Assembly (NCBI GenBank): GCA_009841225.1
Contig: VXMF01000002.1
Location: forward strand, 65,426 to 129,425
DNA from: Terriglobia bacterium
GTDB taxonomy: Bacteria; Acidobacteriota; Terriglobia; Bryobacterales; UBA6623
Length of the DNA stretch: 64,000 nt
Reading direction: 5' to 3'
Each line of letters opens with the position of its first letter. The stretch's first letter is position 1. Shown here in pieces: positions 33,591 to 44,261 of the stretch. The translations under genes were made by a program, and so were the position numbers. Below the pieces are notes generated by a model that was not told the origin of the DNA, did no database searches, and was given only the letters and a program-made list of their open reading frames with translations.

Positions 33591-34328
33591 TCAGTTTGAT
33601 TTGAGCTTCCGGCGAATCAGCTGTGCGGTGTTCGCGGCCAGCAGTGCCGATGAGTCCTTGGAGAAATGTACGTTGTCAGGCCGCACGTGCGGGACGTTGT
33701 GATCCCTAATAAATAAGTTCATGTCGTCGACTTCAATACCGTGCCGCTGGATCACTTTCCTCGCCGCCGCGTTGTACTTCGCCAAGTCTGCTGGCACCCG
33801 CCCTTGGGCTCCCTCAGGCACCGGTGTGGTGGGACGCCAAATCAGCGTTGCGCCGGTCTGATTCAGCCGCTGGAGCAGTTTCTCCAAATTCGCCGCATAC
33901 TCGCCCACCGTGCTGACCTGCTTGCCCTTGGGCGGGAGTGCGAGCTTGCCCTCTTCATCTACATACTTGAGGTCATGCAGGCCCCAGTTGAAGTGGATTA
34001 GGTCCCACTTCCCGTCCCCTAGCCACTGGTCGATGGACTCGAGACCCTTCCACGTGTGCGCGCAGTTCGTCGGCGGGCGGTGCACGTTGGCGATTCCGTC
34101 AAGCGCCGCACGCAATGGCAGAGTGTAGCCGATCGAAATGGAATCCCCGATGATCAGCACCCTAGGAAGTGCGGGGTCATCTACGACCGGGGCGAATTCG
34201 GCTCTTGGTGTGTTTTGGCCGACCGCGGCTGTGACGAACAGAGCGGTCGCTAGCGCGATACGGAAGATGCACGATCCTTGCCTCGGGCCAAACCGCTTGT
34301 ATCCAGCGATTTGAAAGAAGATGCTCAT
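33591..34328 (-). CDS. SGNH/GDSL-type hydrolase (secreted)
   Basis: VLIIGDSISIGY (block I Ser), NWGLHD, plus a signal-like leader IALATALFVTAAVG. ATG 34328 was chosen because the longer ORF (to 34442) would overlap the upstream sulfatase 3' end. Confidence 0.8.
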   Translation of the reverse strand: MSIFFQIAGYKRFGPRQGSCIFRIALATALFVTAAVGQNTPRAEFAPVVDDPALPRVLIIGDSISIGYTLPLRAALDGIANVHRPPTNCAHTWKGLESIDQWLGDGKWDLIHFNWGLHDLKYVDEEGKLALPPKGKQVSTVGEYAANLEKLLQRLNQTGATLIWRPTTPVPEGAQGRVPADLAKYNAAARKVIQRHGIEVDDMNLFIRDHNVPHVRPDNVHFSKDSSALLAANTAQLIRRKLKSN

Positions 34329-34344
34329 CTCTTTTGTCACCGTT

Positions 34345-35895
34345 TCACTCGGCCTGGTCACCGGCCGCGGAGTACAGATCCCCGCTACCTTCGGTAACGC
34401 CGGGTAGCGCAGCTTTCCACCCGTTCCGCAGGACGGCGGCAAGGCGGTCCATGGTGGGCTGGTGCTCTGGATCGCCAGCTAGGTTGTCGTACTCCCTGGG
34501 ATCATTTTCCAGATCGTATAACTCGAATTGCGGGTCATCATCGCCCTCGAGCGGCGTCCACTCGGTAAAGCGATACCGGGCAGTGCGCACTGACCGCCCA
34601 TGTGCGCCGCGCCGCTGCGCTTCCGAGAAAATCGCGCTCTTCCAAGGAACGTCCGGGTCTTCGAGCACGGGCCGGAAGCTGATGCCCTCCATGCCCTCGG
34701 GAGACGGCAGTCCACAGAGGTCGGCCAAGGTCGGGTAAAGGTCAACAAGCTCAACCAACGCGCTGGTGCTCCGGCCGGACACTCCGCCAGGTATCCGCAC
34801 GATCAATGGAACTCTCGTCGATTCCTCGAACTGCGTGTGCTTGCGCCATAGCCCGCCGTGCTCTCCGAGATGGAAGCCGTGGTCGCTCACGAAGACCACA
34901 ATGGTGGAGCTCTCTAGTTCAAGTTCAGCCAACGCCTCCATCAGCAAGCCGACTTGGACATCCATCAGAGTGATCGTCGCGTGATAGGCGGCAATCGCTT
35001 GGCGCACCTGCTCCTCGCTGTGGTCCTTGTCTTCCGGGTAGTTGCCTAGCGCCGGGGCCGGAATGTCGGCAGTGTCGTCTGCCGGCTCGTCCGGCAGGGC
35101 GACTTCCGAGATGGGGTGCTGTTGGAAGAACTCTTTGGGCGCGACCCACGGCTGGTGCGGTTTGTGGAAGCCTGCCGCGATAAAGAACGGCCCGTCCCGG
35201 TTCTCCCGCAGCAGTTCAATGACACGCCGCGTGGTTTGGCCGTCGGGGGTCTCGGCTTCGGTCTCGTCGGTGGCCCGCCAACTCAACGGCATCCCGGTAG
35301 GACGGTCTAGGTACCCCAAGATGTCTGCCCGCGAGAGGCCATCGTTTGAACCCTCGATCCACGTGTTGTCACGGACCTCGGAATGGTCCACTCCTGGAAG
35401 GTAGTGCTCCCGCCGGGTGGCATTCTCGGAGACGTCCCATTTGACGGCTGCTTCGTACCTGCCATGGGCTACCTTCCCTACCCTTGCGGTGAAGTATCCG
35501 TGTTCGTCGAAGTATTCGGGCAGCATCACGACGTCGCCTAGGTGACTGCGCGGCTCTACGAAGTTTCCGTAGACATTCGTGGTCGCAGGTCGGCGGCCGC
35601 TGAGGAAGGATGTCCGAGACGGGTTGCAAACGGGATCTTGTGCGTAGGCCCTGTCGAATTGCACTCCCTGAGATGCAAACCGGTCGAGGTTGGGGGTCTT
35701 GGCTGTCGGATAGTCGTGATACGTGCCCAGCGCAACGTTCAGGTCGTCGACGACGATGAACAGCACATTGGGTTGTTCCGGCAGTGCGGCAGTCTCGGGC
35801 GCAGAGCATGCCCCAAACAGGAGGCACAGGCAGGCCGCAGCCAGCACCGTCACCTGCAATTGTGAGAATAGGTGGGAGATTCGGCGTTGATGCAT
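34345..35895 (-). CDS. Sulfatase (S1 family, Cys-type; iduronate-2-sulfatase-like)
   Basis: NVLFIVVDDLN, CNPSRTSFLSGRRP (C-x-P-x-R), VFVSDHGFHLGEHG. Confidence 0.9.
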   Translation of the reverse strand: MHQRRISHLFSQLQVTVLAAACLCLLFGACSAPETAALPEQPNVLFIVVDDLNVALGTYHDYPTAKTPNLDRFASQGVQFDRAYAQDPVCNPSRTSFLSGRRPATTNVYGNFVEPRSHLGDVVMLPEYFDEHGYFTARVGKVAHGRYEAAVKWDVSENATRREHYLPGVDHSEVRDNTWIEGSNDGLSRADILGYLDRPTGMPLSWRATDETEAETPDGQTTRRVIELLRENRDGPFFIAAGFHKPHQPWVAPKEFFQQHPISEVALPDEPADDTADIPAPALGNYPEDKDHSEEQVRQAIAAYHATITLMDVQVGLLMEALAELELESSTIVVFVSDHGFHLGEHGGLWRKHTQFEESTRVPLIVRIPGGVSGRSTSALVELVDLYPTLADLCGLPSPEGMEGISFRPVLEDPDVPWKSAIFSEAQRRGAHGRSVRTARYRFTEWTPLEGDDDPQFELYDLENDPREYDNLAGDPEHQPTMDRLAAVLRNGWKAALPGVTEGSGDLYSAAGDQAE

Positions 35896-36023
35896 GGTTG
35901 ATTGAGGGCTACCCGGTGCTCTCCGATCCGGAGCACGGCCCGAACCTATGATAGATGCGCCAACCGTCCCCGATCTCTGTGAATTCCGTTTCCGTGGAAT
36001 TTGTGCCCCCGAATCCGTAAGTC

Positions 36024-36656
36024 ATGGCGCGCAAGCTGCAATCCATCTTTCTCATAGGCCCGGCGGGACGGCTTGAGGCACTTCTCGAAGAACCCGAGCC
36101 TCCCGATCGAATCGATCGTGCCTTCGTCGTCTGCCACCCCCATCCCCAGTACGGCGGGACGATGCACAACAAGGTCGTCTTCCGCATTGCCAAAGCCGGT
36201 CGCAGCATGGGGGCGGCCGTGCTGCGATTCAACTTCCGCGGCGTCGGAGCAAGTTCGGGCACTTACGATGCCGGCCGGGGCGAACAGGACGACCTCAGAG
36301 CGGCGATGCAGTACATGCAAGAACGCTATGCGGGCATCCCCCTGACTGTTGGCGGGTTCTCGTTCGGGTCGAGAGTCAGCTTGCCCGTCTGCTGTGGTCA
36401 CCCGACCGTCGAGCGGATCATCGCCGTTGGAACTCCCGTCAATCGGGGCGACGACATGAGCTTTCTGGAGAGATGCGGCTGCCCCAAGCACTTCGTACAC
36501 AGCACGCAGGACGAGTTCGGTTCGCGTAGCAACATGGAGCGCGTCTTCGACATGGCGGGCGAGCCCAAGCAGCTGACCTGGGTTGAGGCCAGCGATCACT
36601 TCTTCTCCGATGCCCTAGACGCACTGGAGGATGCCGTGCGCAAGGCGCTCGGCTAG
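36024..36656 (+). CDS. Alpha/beta hydrolase (COG2945-like)
   Basis: VVCHPHPQYGGTMHNKVV..RFNFRGVGASSG..GGFSFGS (nucleophile elbow). Confidence 0.8.
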   Translation: MARKLQSIFLIGPAGRLEALLEEPEPPDRIDRAFVVCHPHPQYGGTMHNKVVFRIAKAGRSMGAAVLRFNFRGVGASSGTYDAGRGEQDDLRAAMQYMQERYAGIPLTVGGFSFGSRVSLPVCCGHPTVERIIAVGTPVNRGDDMSFLERCGCPKHFVHSTQDEFGSRSNMERVFDMAGEPKQLTWVEASDHFFSDALDALEDAVRKALG

Positions 36657-36666
36657 GCTCCTCACC

Positions 36667-37644
36667 GTGAAGTTCGCGATCTACGGTGCTGGCGCTGTCG
36701 GTGGCTTCTTGGGTGCCCGATTGCTAGAAGGCGGGCACGACGTCCACTTCATCGCACGAGGAGCGAACTTGGATGCCCAGCGGGAGAAGGGCCTGTTGAT
36801 TCGCAGCGATGTGTTTGGCGAAAAGCGTTACCCCGTTCAAGCAACCTCATCCGCGGCCGAGGTCGGCCCCTCGGACTTTGTCGTCTTGGCTGTCAAGGCC
36901 AGCGCGCTGACGCACATCGCACCGCTCGTCGAGCCCCTGAAGGGTGCCGACACGACCTTCGTCTCGACGCAAAACGGCCTACCGTGGTGGTACTTCCACG
37001 GTGTGCCCGGTCACGACGCACCCATTGAGTGCGTCGATCCAGGAGGCGTAGTCGCGAAGCATATCCCTGGGCCGCTCGTCTTGGGAGCGATCGTCTACAT
37101 GTCGTGCTCCATGGCCGGCCCCGGCATCGTTACCCACAGCTCCGGTATGCGCTTGCCCCTAGGAGAGCCGTCCGGGGAGCGGAGTGAGCGCATACGCCTG
37201 CTCTCGTCGGCGTTACGGGACGTCGGCGTCAAGGCACCGGTGCGCAACAACATCCGCCATGAGCTCTGGGTCAAGCTCATGGGGAACGCTGCGTTCAATC
37301 CTCTCAGCGCCTTGACGCGCAACACACTGGCCGAACTGACTGATTCCCCCCAAGGCTTGCGCCTGGTAGAGGCAATCATGGATGAAGTGCGACAGGTTGC
37401 TTCCGCCGTCGGCGTGCAGATCGCGCTCTCCAACGAACGCCGCATCGCCGGTGCGCGCGCGGCAGGCAACCATAAACCGTCCATGCTCCAAGACTTAGAG
37501 CAGGGGCGTGTTGCCGAATTGGATGCGCTACTGGGTGCTGTGCTGGAGCTCGCCGACAGATACCACGTTTCCGCGCCGACACTGAGAGTGATCGATGCGG
37601 CCTCCAGGCTGCTCTTCCAACGGGCATCCGAGCAGGTGGCCTAA
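36667..37644 (+). CDS. panE: 2-dehydropantoate 2-reductase (ApbA/PanE family)
   Basis: The Rossmann motif KFAIYGAGAVGGFLGARL lies directly after GTG 36667. The ApbA_C-like end includes KPSMLQDLEQGR. The ORF-track start at 36631 overlaps the upstream gene. Confidence 0.8.
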   Translation: MKFAIYGAGAVGGFLGARLLEGGHDVHFIARGANLDAQREKGLLIRSDVFGEKRYPVQATSSAAEVGPSDFVVLAVKASALTHIAPLVEPLKGADTTFVSTQNGLPWWYFHGVPGHDAPIECVDPGGVVAKHIPGPLVLGAIVYMSCSMAGPGIVTHSSGMRLPLGEPSGERSERIRLLSSALRDVGVKAPVRNNIRHELWVKLMGNAAFNPLSALTRNTLAELTDSPQGLRLVEAIMDEVRQVASAVGVQIALSNERRIAGARAAGNHKPSMLQDLEQGRVAELDALLGAVLELADRYHVSAPTLRVIDAASRLLFQRASEQVA

Positions 37645-37692
37645 ACCTCAAGGACGTCCCGGATGCGCCAAAGCTAATCAGAGCCGCAGACC

Positions 37693-38511
37693 ATGCTTCA
37701 TTGGGATCATCCACAGGTTCGCGAACTCATCCGGCTGGCGGTGGCCGAGGATGTTGGCCCCGGCGACGTGACGACCGAGGCCTGTGTGCCCCAGGACTCG
37801 CAGAGCGTGGGTTATTTCTTGCCTAAACAAGACTTAACGTTGGCTGGCACTGAACTCCTTGGGATCATCTTTCACGAGGAGAAGATTGAAGTTCTGGAGA
37901 GCGACGGCACGCATCTGCCGACGGGCAAGGTCTTCGCCCGGGTCAGTGGTTCAACCCGACGACTGCTGACACTGGAGAGGACCGCATTGAACTTCCTGCA
38001 AAGGACTTGCGGCATCGCGACCTTGACGAGCCGATTCGTCAAGGCAATTGAGGGAACGCGTTGCACGGTCTTAGACACGCGGAAGACCAGTCCTGGCATG
38101 CGCATCCTTAATAAGCTGTCCGTCCGGGCAGGCGGAGGAACAAATCACAGGCTAGGGCTGTTCGACGCTGTGCTGATCAAGAACAACCACATCGACGCCG
38201 CGGGCGGAATCACACAAGCGGTTGAGAACTGTCGGCCCTCGGGTCGGACTATTGAGGTAGAGGTTCGCGACTTGGGGGAGTTGGAAGAGGCCCTCAGCTG
38301 TGGAATCCGCCATATCCTGCTTGACAACTTCTCCCCCGATCAAGTCACCGTGGCCGTGGGGCGGGTCGCGGGTCGGGCGAAGCTGGAGGTCTCCGGCAAC
38401 GTCCGGCTAGAGACGATCCGAAATTACGCAGAGGCCGGAGCCGACTATATTTCCGTTGGAGCGCTAACCCACTCAGCGCCGGCGGCGGACATCAGTTTCA
38501 GGCTGGAGTGA
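37693..38511 (+). CDS. nadC: Nicotinate-nucleotide pyrophosphorylase (carboxylating) / quinolinate phosphoribosyltransferase
   Basis: AEDVGPGDVTTEA, ERTALNFLQRTCGIAT, LDTRKTSPGMRILNKLSVRAGGGTNHRLGLFDAVLIKNNH, GADYISVGALTHSA. Confidence 0.95.
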   Translation: MLHWDHPQVRELIRLAVAEDVGPGDVTTEACVPQDSQSVGYFLPKQDLTLAGTELLGIIFHEEKIEVLESDGTHLPTGKVFARVSGSTRRLLTLERTALNFLQRTCGIATLTSRFVKAIEGTRCTVLDTRKTSPGMRILNKLSVRAGGGTNHRLGLFDAVLIKNNHIDAAGGITQAVENCRPSGRTIEVEVRDLGELEEALSCGIRHILLDNFSPDQVTVAVGRVAGRAKLEVSGNVRLETIRNYAEAGADYISVGALTHSAPAADISFRLE

Positions 38512-38811
38512 ACCGGAGCCTGCGACGTACGCCTTGTGACTGCGCCCGCGCCTCAACCCCAACTCGGTCAACACGGGCGGAATTTTCTCTGACATTGGCC
38601 AGCGCCACAACTGGGCAACCACTGCGCCCCACCACACCGTAGCTCGCAGCCAAGGATATGCCGAAAATCCTGACTCAATCCCCTGGTGCCATCGGATAGT
38701 CAACCACACGGCGATCGCGAAAGATAGGACAAGAGAGATCTTGTCACCCAAGTTCCCCCGGCGCCAATGAGTCAGCCAAGCCGATCTCTCGGGTTCAATC
38801 CTAGGCTGCAT
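38473..38811 (-). CDS. Small membrane protein (paralog 1)
   Basis: From ATG 38811: MQPRIEPERSAWLTHWRRG..DKISLVLSFAIAVWLTIRW.. This aligns with the N-terminus of the 39130-39408 product. The 3' end overlaps nadC by 39 nt. Confidence 0.5.
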   Translation of the reverse strand: MQPRIEPERSAWLTHWRRGNLGDKISLVLSFAIAVWLTIRWHQGIESGFSAYPWLRATVWWGAVVAQLWRWPMSEKIPPVLTELGLRRGRSHKAYVAGSGSLQPETDVRRRR

Positions 38812-38912
38812 GTCGGAGGCCATGCGCCCATTATGGCACCAGCTCCGAGTAGCGATACCGGGGCCGATGACATCCCCCATGGAGCACGTATACAGGGTCA
38901 AGGCTGGACCCG

Positions 38913-39058
38913 ATTCGGGCCGGGCAAAGTTGGAGGTCTACGGCAACGTCCGGCAAGAAACCATCTGAGCTTACGCCGGGACTGGAATCGAGTGAATTTC
39001 TGTTGGGGTGCTGACGCACTCCGCACCGGCAGCCGACATCAGCTTCAGGCTCGAGTGA
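38913..39058 (+). pseudogene. Duplicated nadC 3' fragment with two in-frame stops
   Basis: The in-frame reading AKLEVYGNVRQETI*AYAGTGIE*ISVGVLTHSAPAADISFRLE* compares with genuine NadC AKLEVSGNVRLETIRNYAEAGADYISVGALTHSAPAADISFRLE*. Roughly 75% nucleotide identity by eye to 38371-38511. Confidence 0.8.
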
Positions 39059-39129
39059 AATCGATCGACGGCTCCAATGCATCCCGAGCACGGGTGAACT
39101 GCGGGTGGTGTTGATCACTTGGGTGCCGG

Positions 39130-39408
39130 CTAGCGGCTCTCGGCCTGAACCGAGCGTGAGTCATTCAACTTCAACTCCGTAATGACAATGACCTCGCGCG
39201 ACTGCGACCGCGAGAAGTAGGCCCAGCCCAGCACAAGCCAGTAACCCGATATCCAGAACCAAGCGAGTGGATGGCCCGTTTCATACAATTCAACGGTTTG
39301 CCACGCGGAGAAAACAATCCCCAAAATGATCGCAACCTTTTCAGACGTTTTCTTGCGGCTCCATGGAGCCAGCCACCAAGATTCTTCGGGCGCAATCCTA
39401 CGCTCCAT
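39130..39408 (-). CDS. Small membrane protein (paralog 2)
   Basis: MERRIAPEESWWLAPWSRKKTSEKVAIILGIVFSAWQTV.. with two TM helices. It is a paralog of the 38473-38811 product. Confidence 0.55.
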   Translation of the reverse strand: MERRIAPEESWWLAPWSRKKTSEKVAIILGIVFSAWQTVELYETGHPLAWFWISGYWLVLGWAYFSRSQSREVIVITELKLNDSRSVQAESR

Positions 39409-39464
39409 AGTGGAATGCTACCACTGGATCAGCTGAACGCCTTGTAACGGCGCCGGTATATGCC

Positions 39465-41996
39465 TCACCCCTCGTGGAGTACTTCGACAGGGTCAAGGCG
39501 AGAGCCGATCCGGGCCGGATACAGCCCCGCGATGACGCTCGCGCCAAGGATCAGAGCGGTAGCCCCCAACAACAGGCCTGCCGGCCAGTGAAACTGGATC
39601 GTCCAGCCGAACGATTGCTTGTTGATTACCTTGATCAAGATCACTGAGAGCGCGCCGCCCAATACGAGACCGATCATGTTCGAAAGCAGTCCCAGTAGAC
39701 CCGCTTGGGCCAGCACGAGCTGGCGGACCTGCTTCTTCGTGGCGCCTAGAATCCGCAATACGCCCAGGTCCGTCTTGCGGTCTATGACCAAGGTCAGCAA
39801 CGCGCCTGCCATGCCCAGAATCGCCACTAGGATCGCCACCGCCTCCAGGGCATAGGTGATGGCAAACGTTCTGTCAAACACTTCGTTCGCCCTTTCGCGC
39901 AGCTCGCGGTTGCGCGCGACCCGTACACGGCGGCCGGCTATAGCTTCAATGATCTTGGACCTAGCTGCTTCGAGATCGGAGCCATCGGCCAGATACACAG
40001 CCGCGCTAGTCAGCTGTCGGTCAGGCAAGTACTCCATCAGCACCCCTCGATGCCCGATGACGTAGCCTTGCTCCGCGGAATAGTCGTAGTAGATCGCCAC
40101 GACTTCGAATTCTTCAGCGCCCTCGCCGATCGGTAGAGCCAAAGTGCTGCCGACCTTGAGGCCGTGCTTGTTGCTGAACGGCTCGCTGATGATCACGCTC
40201 TTGCTAGAGACCAGCTGCCTGCACATCGTTGGAATGTCCGGTCCGTGCAAAATTTGCATCTGGGATCGGCCGGGATGTACGCGGAAGTCTGCGAGTGCCA
40301 GATTTGCAGGTAGCCCGCCATAGCTGATCGAGTACCGACGGAAGCGGTCCACCGCGTCGACTTCCGGCAACGCTTCGACTAGGCCCGCAACCTCCTCCGA
40401 GAACGTGGCGGAATCCTCGGTACCGAGAGATTCTCCAGACCGAATGTACAAGTCGGCTTGCAGCTGGTTGCCCATCCACACAGACAAAGTGTCACGTAAG
40501 CTGCCAACCATGATCCCGACGCTCGCCATCATCGCTGTCGCGACTGCCATCGCTGCGACGATGACCGAGGTGCGTTTGAGAGATTGCGACAGGATCTGTA
40601 CTCCCAGCATCGGCGCCACCCCGAACAATCGCAGCACCGGGCCTGTCACGCGCCAAAGGCAGAAGCGAGCGACGAACGGGACGAGCATCGCAGCCGCTCC
40701 TATCAGGCAGACAGCTGCTGCGAATCCCCCATAGGGGAGCCGGTCCCAAGCCGGCACGAAGCACAGTGCCCCAGCTAGACCGGCAAGCACTGCCGCTCGG
40801 AGCGCCCACACGGTTCGCGTGACCGCGACCGCATACTCTTCCCTACCCTTCGCCATCGCTTCGACAGGTGCCACATATGAGGCTTCCCGTGCAGGACGCC
40901 ATGCCGCGAGCATTGACACCCCGATGCCTGCTAGGCCGGCAACTACGAGAGCCCACGGACGGAATGCAATCTCTCCCGGCTGGCTGCCGACATAGAGCGT
41001 CGCCACGGTGCGCCCCATCAACTCCACCGCTCCCACCGCCAGCGCACGTCCTAAGACCAGCCCAGCCAGAGTGCCCACGAGGCCGAAGAGTCCGGCCTCG
41101 ACGAGAAATCCCCACTGGATCGTTCGAGCCGACATGCCAAGTGCCCGCGCCGTCCCGATCTGGCTTCTCCGCCGCACGACCGATACTGAGATCGTGTTGT
41201 AGATCAGGAACGCGCCCACGATTAGCGCGATATAACTCAATACTCGAAGATTCCACCGGAACGAGTTGAGAAGCTTGCGGTTCTGTCGTGTCCTAGTGCC
41301 TGATGCACTTACTGCTGCCGCAGCCGGGACATGGTCTTTGAGCAGTGCCTCCCAGTCCGTCTCGTCTTCGCGCGGAACATGGACATAAATTCGGTCCAGG
41401 AATCCGACCCGGTCCAGTAGCCGCTGCGCCAAGGCGATATCGAGCACAACCATGCTGGCGATAGCCTTTCCGCCTTGATCCCGGTCTCCAAGCAGGTCCA
41501 GCACGGTAAAGGATTCGACCCGGTCGTTGATGGCTAGGTTGATTCGCTCCCCTACTTGTGCCCCGACTGACTCAGAGATCCAGACCACTCGCTCGTCATC
41601 GAAGGCGCTGACGCTAGGATTGGACAGGTCAATGCTGCCCAACATGGGCTGGTCGCCTATCAGGTCCACTCCAAACAGCGGCAGGCGCTCGCCTGTTGAC
41701 TCCACCGCGGCGTAGCCTTCGATGCGGGGTGAGAACTGCTGCTGCCCTGGCAGCCGGACCAGTCCGCCAAAGACGGATTCGGGGATCCCCCCCACTTGGG
41801 AGATCTCGTAGTCAGCGGTGCCTTGGAGCGATTCCAGCGAGGACTCGAAGGAACCAACAGATGCCTCGCCGGCCAAGTCGATGGCTACGACTACCGCTAC
41901 CCCCAACGCCACGCACGCGGCCGTTAACGCGGTGCGGAACGGCTCCCGAATCAAGGGCCTGCAAATCAACCGATAGAGCAGCCGCAGTCGATTCAT
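39465..41996 (-). CDS. ABC-transporter-type permease with duplicated FtsX domains (MacB/YbbP-like)
   Basis: It has two FtsX-like 4-TM modules, each preceded by a large extracytoplasmic loop, and a C-terminal ..YPARIGSRLDPVEVL motif. ATG 41996 (MNRLRLLYRL..) is preferred over the ORF start at 42134. No ATPase gene is adjacent. Confidence 0.8.
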   Translation of the reverse strand: MNRLRLLYRLICRPLIREPFRTALTAACVALGVAVVVAIDLAGEASVGSFESSLESLQGTADYEISQVGGIPESVFGGLVRLPGQQQFSPRIEGYAAVESTGERLPLFGVDLIGDQPMLGSIDLSNPSVSAFDDERVVWISESVGAQVGERINLAINDRVESFTVLDLLGDRDQGGKAIASMVVLDIALAQRLLDRVGFLDRIYVHVPREDETDWEALLKDHVPAAAAVSASGTRTRQNRKLLNSFRWNLRVLSYIALIVGAFLIYNTISVSVVRRRSQIGTARALGMSARTIQWGFLVEAGLFGLVGTLAGLVLGRALAVGAVELMGRTVATLYVGSQPGEIAFRPWALVVAGLAGIGVSMLAAWRPAREASYVAPVEAMAKGREEYAVAVTRTVWALRAAVLAGLAGALCFVPAWDRLPYGGFAAAVCLIGAAAMLVPFVARFCLWRVTGPVLRLFGVAPMLGVQILSQSLKRTSVIVAAMAVATAMMASVGIMVGSLRDTLSVWMGNQLQADLYIRSGESLGTEDSATFSEEVAGLVEALPEVDAVDRFRRYSISYGGLPANLALADFRVHPGRSQMQILHGPDIPTMCRQLVSSKSVIISEPFSNKHGLKVGSTLALPIGEGAEEFEVVAIYYDYSAEQGYVIGHRGVLMEYLPDRQLTSAAVYLADGSDLEAARSKIIEAIAGRRVRVARNRELRERANEVFDRTFAITYALEAVAILVAILGMAGALLTLVIDRKTDLGVLRILGATKKQVRQLVLAQAGLLGLLSNMIGLVLGGALSVILIKVINKQSFGWTIQFHWPAGLLLGATALILGASVIAGLYPARIGSRLDPVEVLHEG

Positions 41997-42261
41997 GGAG
42001 CTTAGGCAGCCTTTGCGAACACCGAGAGTGCCGCGCCCATCCCCTCGGAAGATGTCTGCCCCTCGCTGGGAGGAATCGGCTTTGGGTTGGGTCGCGTGGA
42101 GCGGTCGGCGAAGTGGCGTGGGCGATGGACACACACTATGTCATACGCCCCTAGCTGCCGTGGCCGACCTGTGCCCAGACTAACATTGGCCTATATTGGA
42201 GCGAGACTTGCCCCGCTTCGCGGCAGGACCGCCATCCGATGCCGGGCACCTCTCCACACGA

Positions 42262-44259
42262 ATGCTTCGCGCTGCCCGTTTGGCTGGACCCGCACACTGC
42301 ATCGCCGGCGTGCTGGCGCTCGCAGCGTCGCTGGCGATGCCCGCGCCCTGTGCTGAGGTCCCGGTCGACTTCGCGGTCGATCTATACCCCCGCCTCGAGG
42401 CGAAGAACTGCCGTGCCTGCCACAGCACTTCTGGAGTGGCATCGGGTACGAGGCTCCAGTTTCCGGAACTCGGAGCACCGCCCGGAGTCATACAAGCGTT
42501 TGGATTGGGTCTGAAGCGCCTCGTAAACCAAGAGGAAATCAGCCAGTCTGCGCTTCTGCTCAAGCCCACCAACAGGATCCCGCACACGGGTGGCCCGCTC
42601 ATCGCTGCCGATAGTGAGGACGAACGGTTGCTGCGCGGCTGGGTGGAGTATCTGGCTTCTCTGAACCTCAACGATCAGTCCATCCAAACCGCGCCCCGCG
42701 AGAATCGCTCCGAACCTATCCGCAGGCTCACACACTTGCAATACGACAACACCCTCCTGGATCTACTCGGCGACGGTAGCGGCCCATCTCGCAGTCTCCC
42801 GGAGGAAGACTACGTCAACGGATACACGAATCAGGCCTCCGCCCAGGTGATCACACCGGCTTTGGCCGAGTTGTACGGCCAGATTGCCGAACGCTTGGGA
42901 CGGAACGCCTTTCGGTTCGGTGACGAGCACGGACTGCTTCCGTGCGAGCCCGACGGCCCCACCGACCGTGACTGTGCGCAATCGTTCGTCGGTGAATTCG
43001 GTGCCAAGGCGTTTCGCCGCCCGCTGACCGAAGCCGAGCGCGAGGCCCATGTAGACCTGCTTCTCCAGTGGGCCGGCCACGGCGAGAGTTTCCTGTCCGG
43101 CGCGTCCACCGTTATCGAGGCCATGCTGCAGTCGCCGCATTTCCTGTTCTTGGTGCCCAGCGCGAGCGATAGTCACGTCAAGCATTTCGAGATCGCCTCG
43201 CGGCTCGCTTACGCGCTGTGGAACGCGCCCCCCGACCGAGTGTTGCTTGCCACCGCGGCCGCCGGCGAGCTCGGTGCCCGCTCCTCAGTCGAGGCGCATG
43301 CCAAGCGGATGCTGGCAAGCGACCGCGCTCGGGAGACCTTCGATCACTTTCTCGCGGAATGGATGCGCTTCGACCGCCTGCGCAACTCGGTCAAGGATCG
43401 CAACCGGTTCCGTGACTTCGGCCCGGAAGTCGCCGAGAGCATGACCGAGGAGACCCGGCGGCTATTCCGGCATCTGGTTTGGGGCGACCTCGATTTTCGG
43501 GAGTTCTACACCGCTGACTACACGTTTGTCGATGACTTCCTAACGAACGTCTACGGCATGCCCGATCCAAGCGCTCCGTTCGGCAAGACCGCTTACCCGG
43601 TGGAATCGACGCGCAGCGGCATTCTCGGACACGGCACGTTTCTGGCGCAGACTGGCAAGCCGATCCACACGTCGCCGACCGAGCGCGGACTCTTCGTCCG
43701 CGAGCACTTCCTCTGCCAGACCATCCCCCCTCCCCCGCCCGGGGTCGATACCTCCCTTCCACCGCTAACGCTGGGAGGACGCCCCATGACGGTCCGCGAG
43801 ACGATGGAGGAATTGCACGCATCCGAGCCGGTCTGCGCGTCCTGTCACAAGCTAGTGGACCCGATTGGCTATGGATTCGAGCATTTCGACACGGTAGGGG
43901 CGTATCGCGATTCCGAGCCGGTACGGATCGAACCGACGCCCCAACAAGAGCGCGAGGGCGCCAAAGCGACCGACCATTTGCTACCGATCGATTCGACGGG
44001 ATTCATCGCAGGCATTGAGGATTCGGAGTTCCAGACGCCCCAAGATGTCGGTCGCATACTCGCGCAGTCGCCAATTTGCCAGAAATGCGTAGTCAGACAG
44101 CTCTTCCGCTACTTGTTCGGCCGATCTGAAACAGCCCGTGATGCGCTCGTCATCGAGCGTGCCTATAATCGATTTGTGCAATCCGGTTTCGTCTTTCGGG
44201 AACTGGTCTTGGGACTGGTGGTCACGGAAGAGTTCCTCGCAACCGACTGGAGCGATTGA
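42262..44259 (+). CDS. DUF1587/DUF1592/DUF1595/DUF1588/DUF1585 multi-domain protein with a CxxCH heme motif (planctomycete-cytochrome-type)
   Basis: CRACHS (heme c site), [89 protein letters not shown]. The signal-peptide start is at ATG 42262. Confidence 0.85.
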   Translation: MLRAARLAGPAHCIAGVLALAASLAMPAPCAEVPVDFAVDLYPRLEAKNCRACHSTSGVASGTRLQFPELGAPPGVIQAFGLGLKRLVNQEEISQSALLLKPTNRIPHTGGPLIAADSEDERLLRGWVEYLASLNLNDQSIQTAPRENRSEPIRRLTHLQYDNTLLDLLGDGSGPSRSLPEEDYVNGYTNQASAQVITPALAELYGQIAERLGRNAFRFGDEHGLLPCEPDGPTDRDCAQSFVGEFGAKAFRRPLTEAEREAHVDLLLQWAGHGESFLSGASTVIEAMLQSPHFLFLVPSASDSHVKHFEIASRLAYALWNAPPDRVLLATAAAGELGARSSVEAHAKRMLASDRARETFDHFLAEWMRFDRLRNSVKDRNRFRDFGPEVAESMTEETRRLFRHLVWGDLDFREFYTADYTFVDDFLTNVYGMPDPSAPFGKTAYPVESTRSGILGHGTFLAQTGKPIHTSPTERGLFVREHFLCQTIPPPPPGVDTSLPPLTLGGRPMTVRETMEELHASEPVCASCHKLVDPIGYGFEHFDTVGAYRDSEPVRIEPTPQQEREGAKATDHLLPIDSTGFIAGIEDSEFQTPQDVGRILAQSPICQKCVVRQLFRYLFGRSETARDALVIERAYNRFVQSGFVFRELVLGLVVTEEFLATDWSD

Positions 44260-44261
44260 TC

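Noticed and set aside
35946-36599. 217-aa minus-strand ORF
   Set aside because: It is antisense to the alpha/beta hydrolase gene (GGFSFGS elbow on the plus strand).
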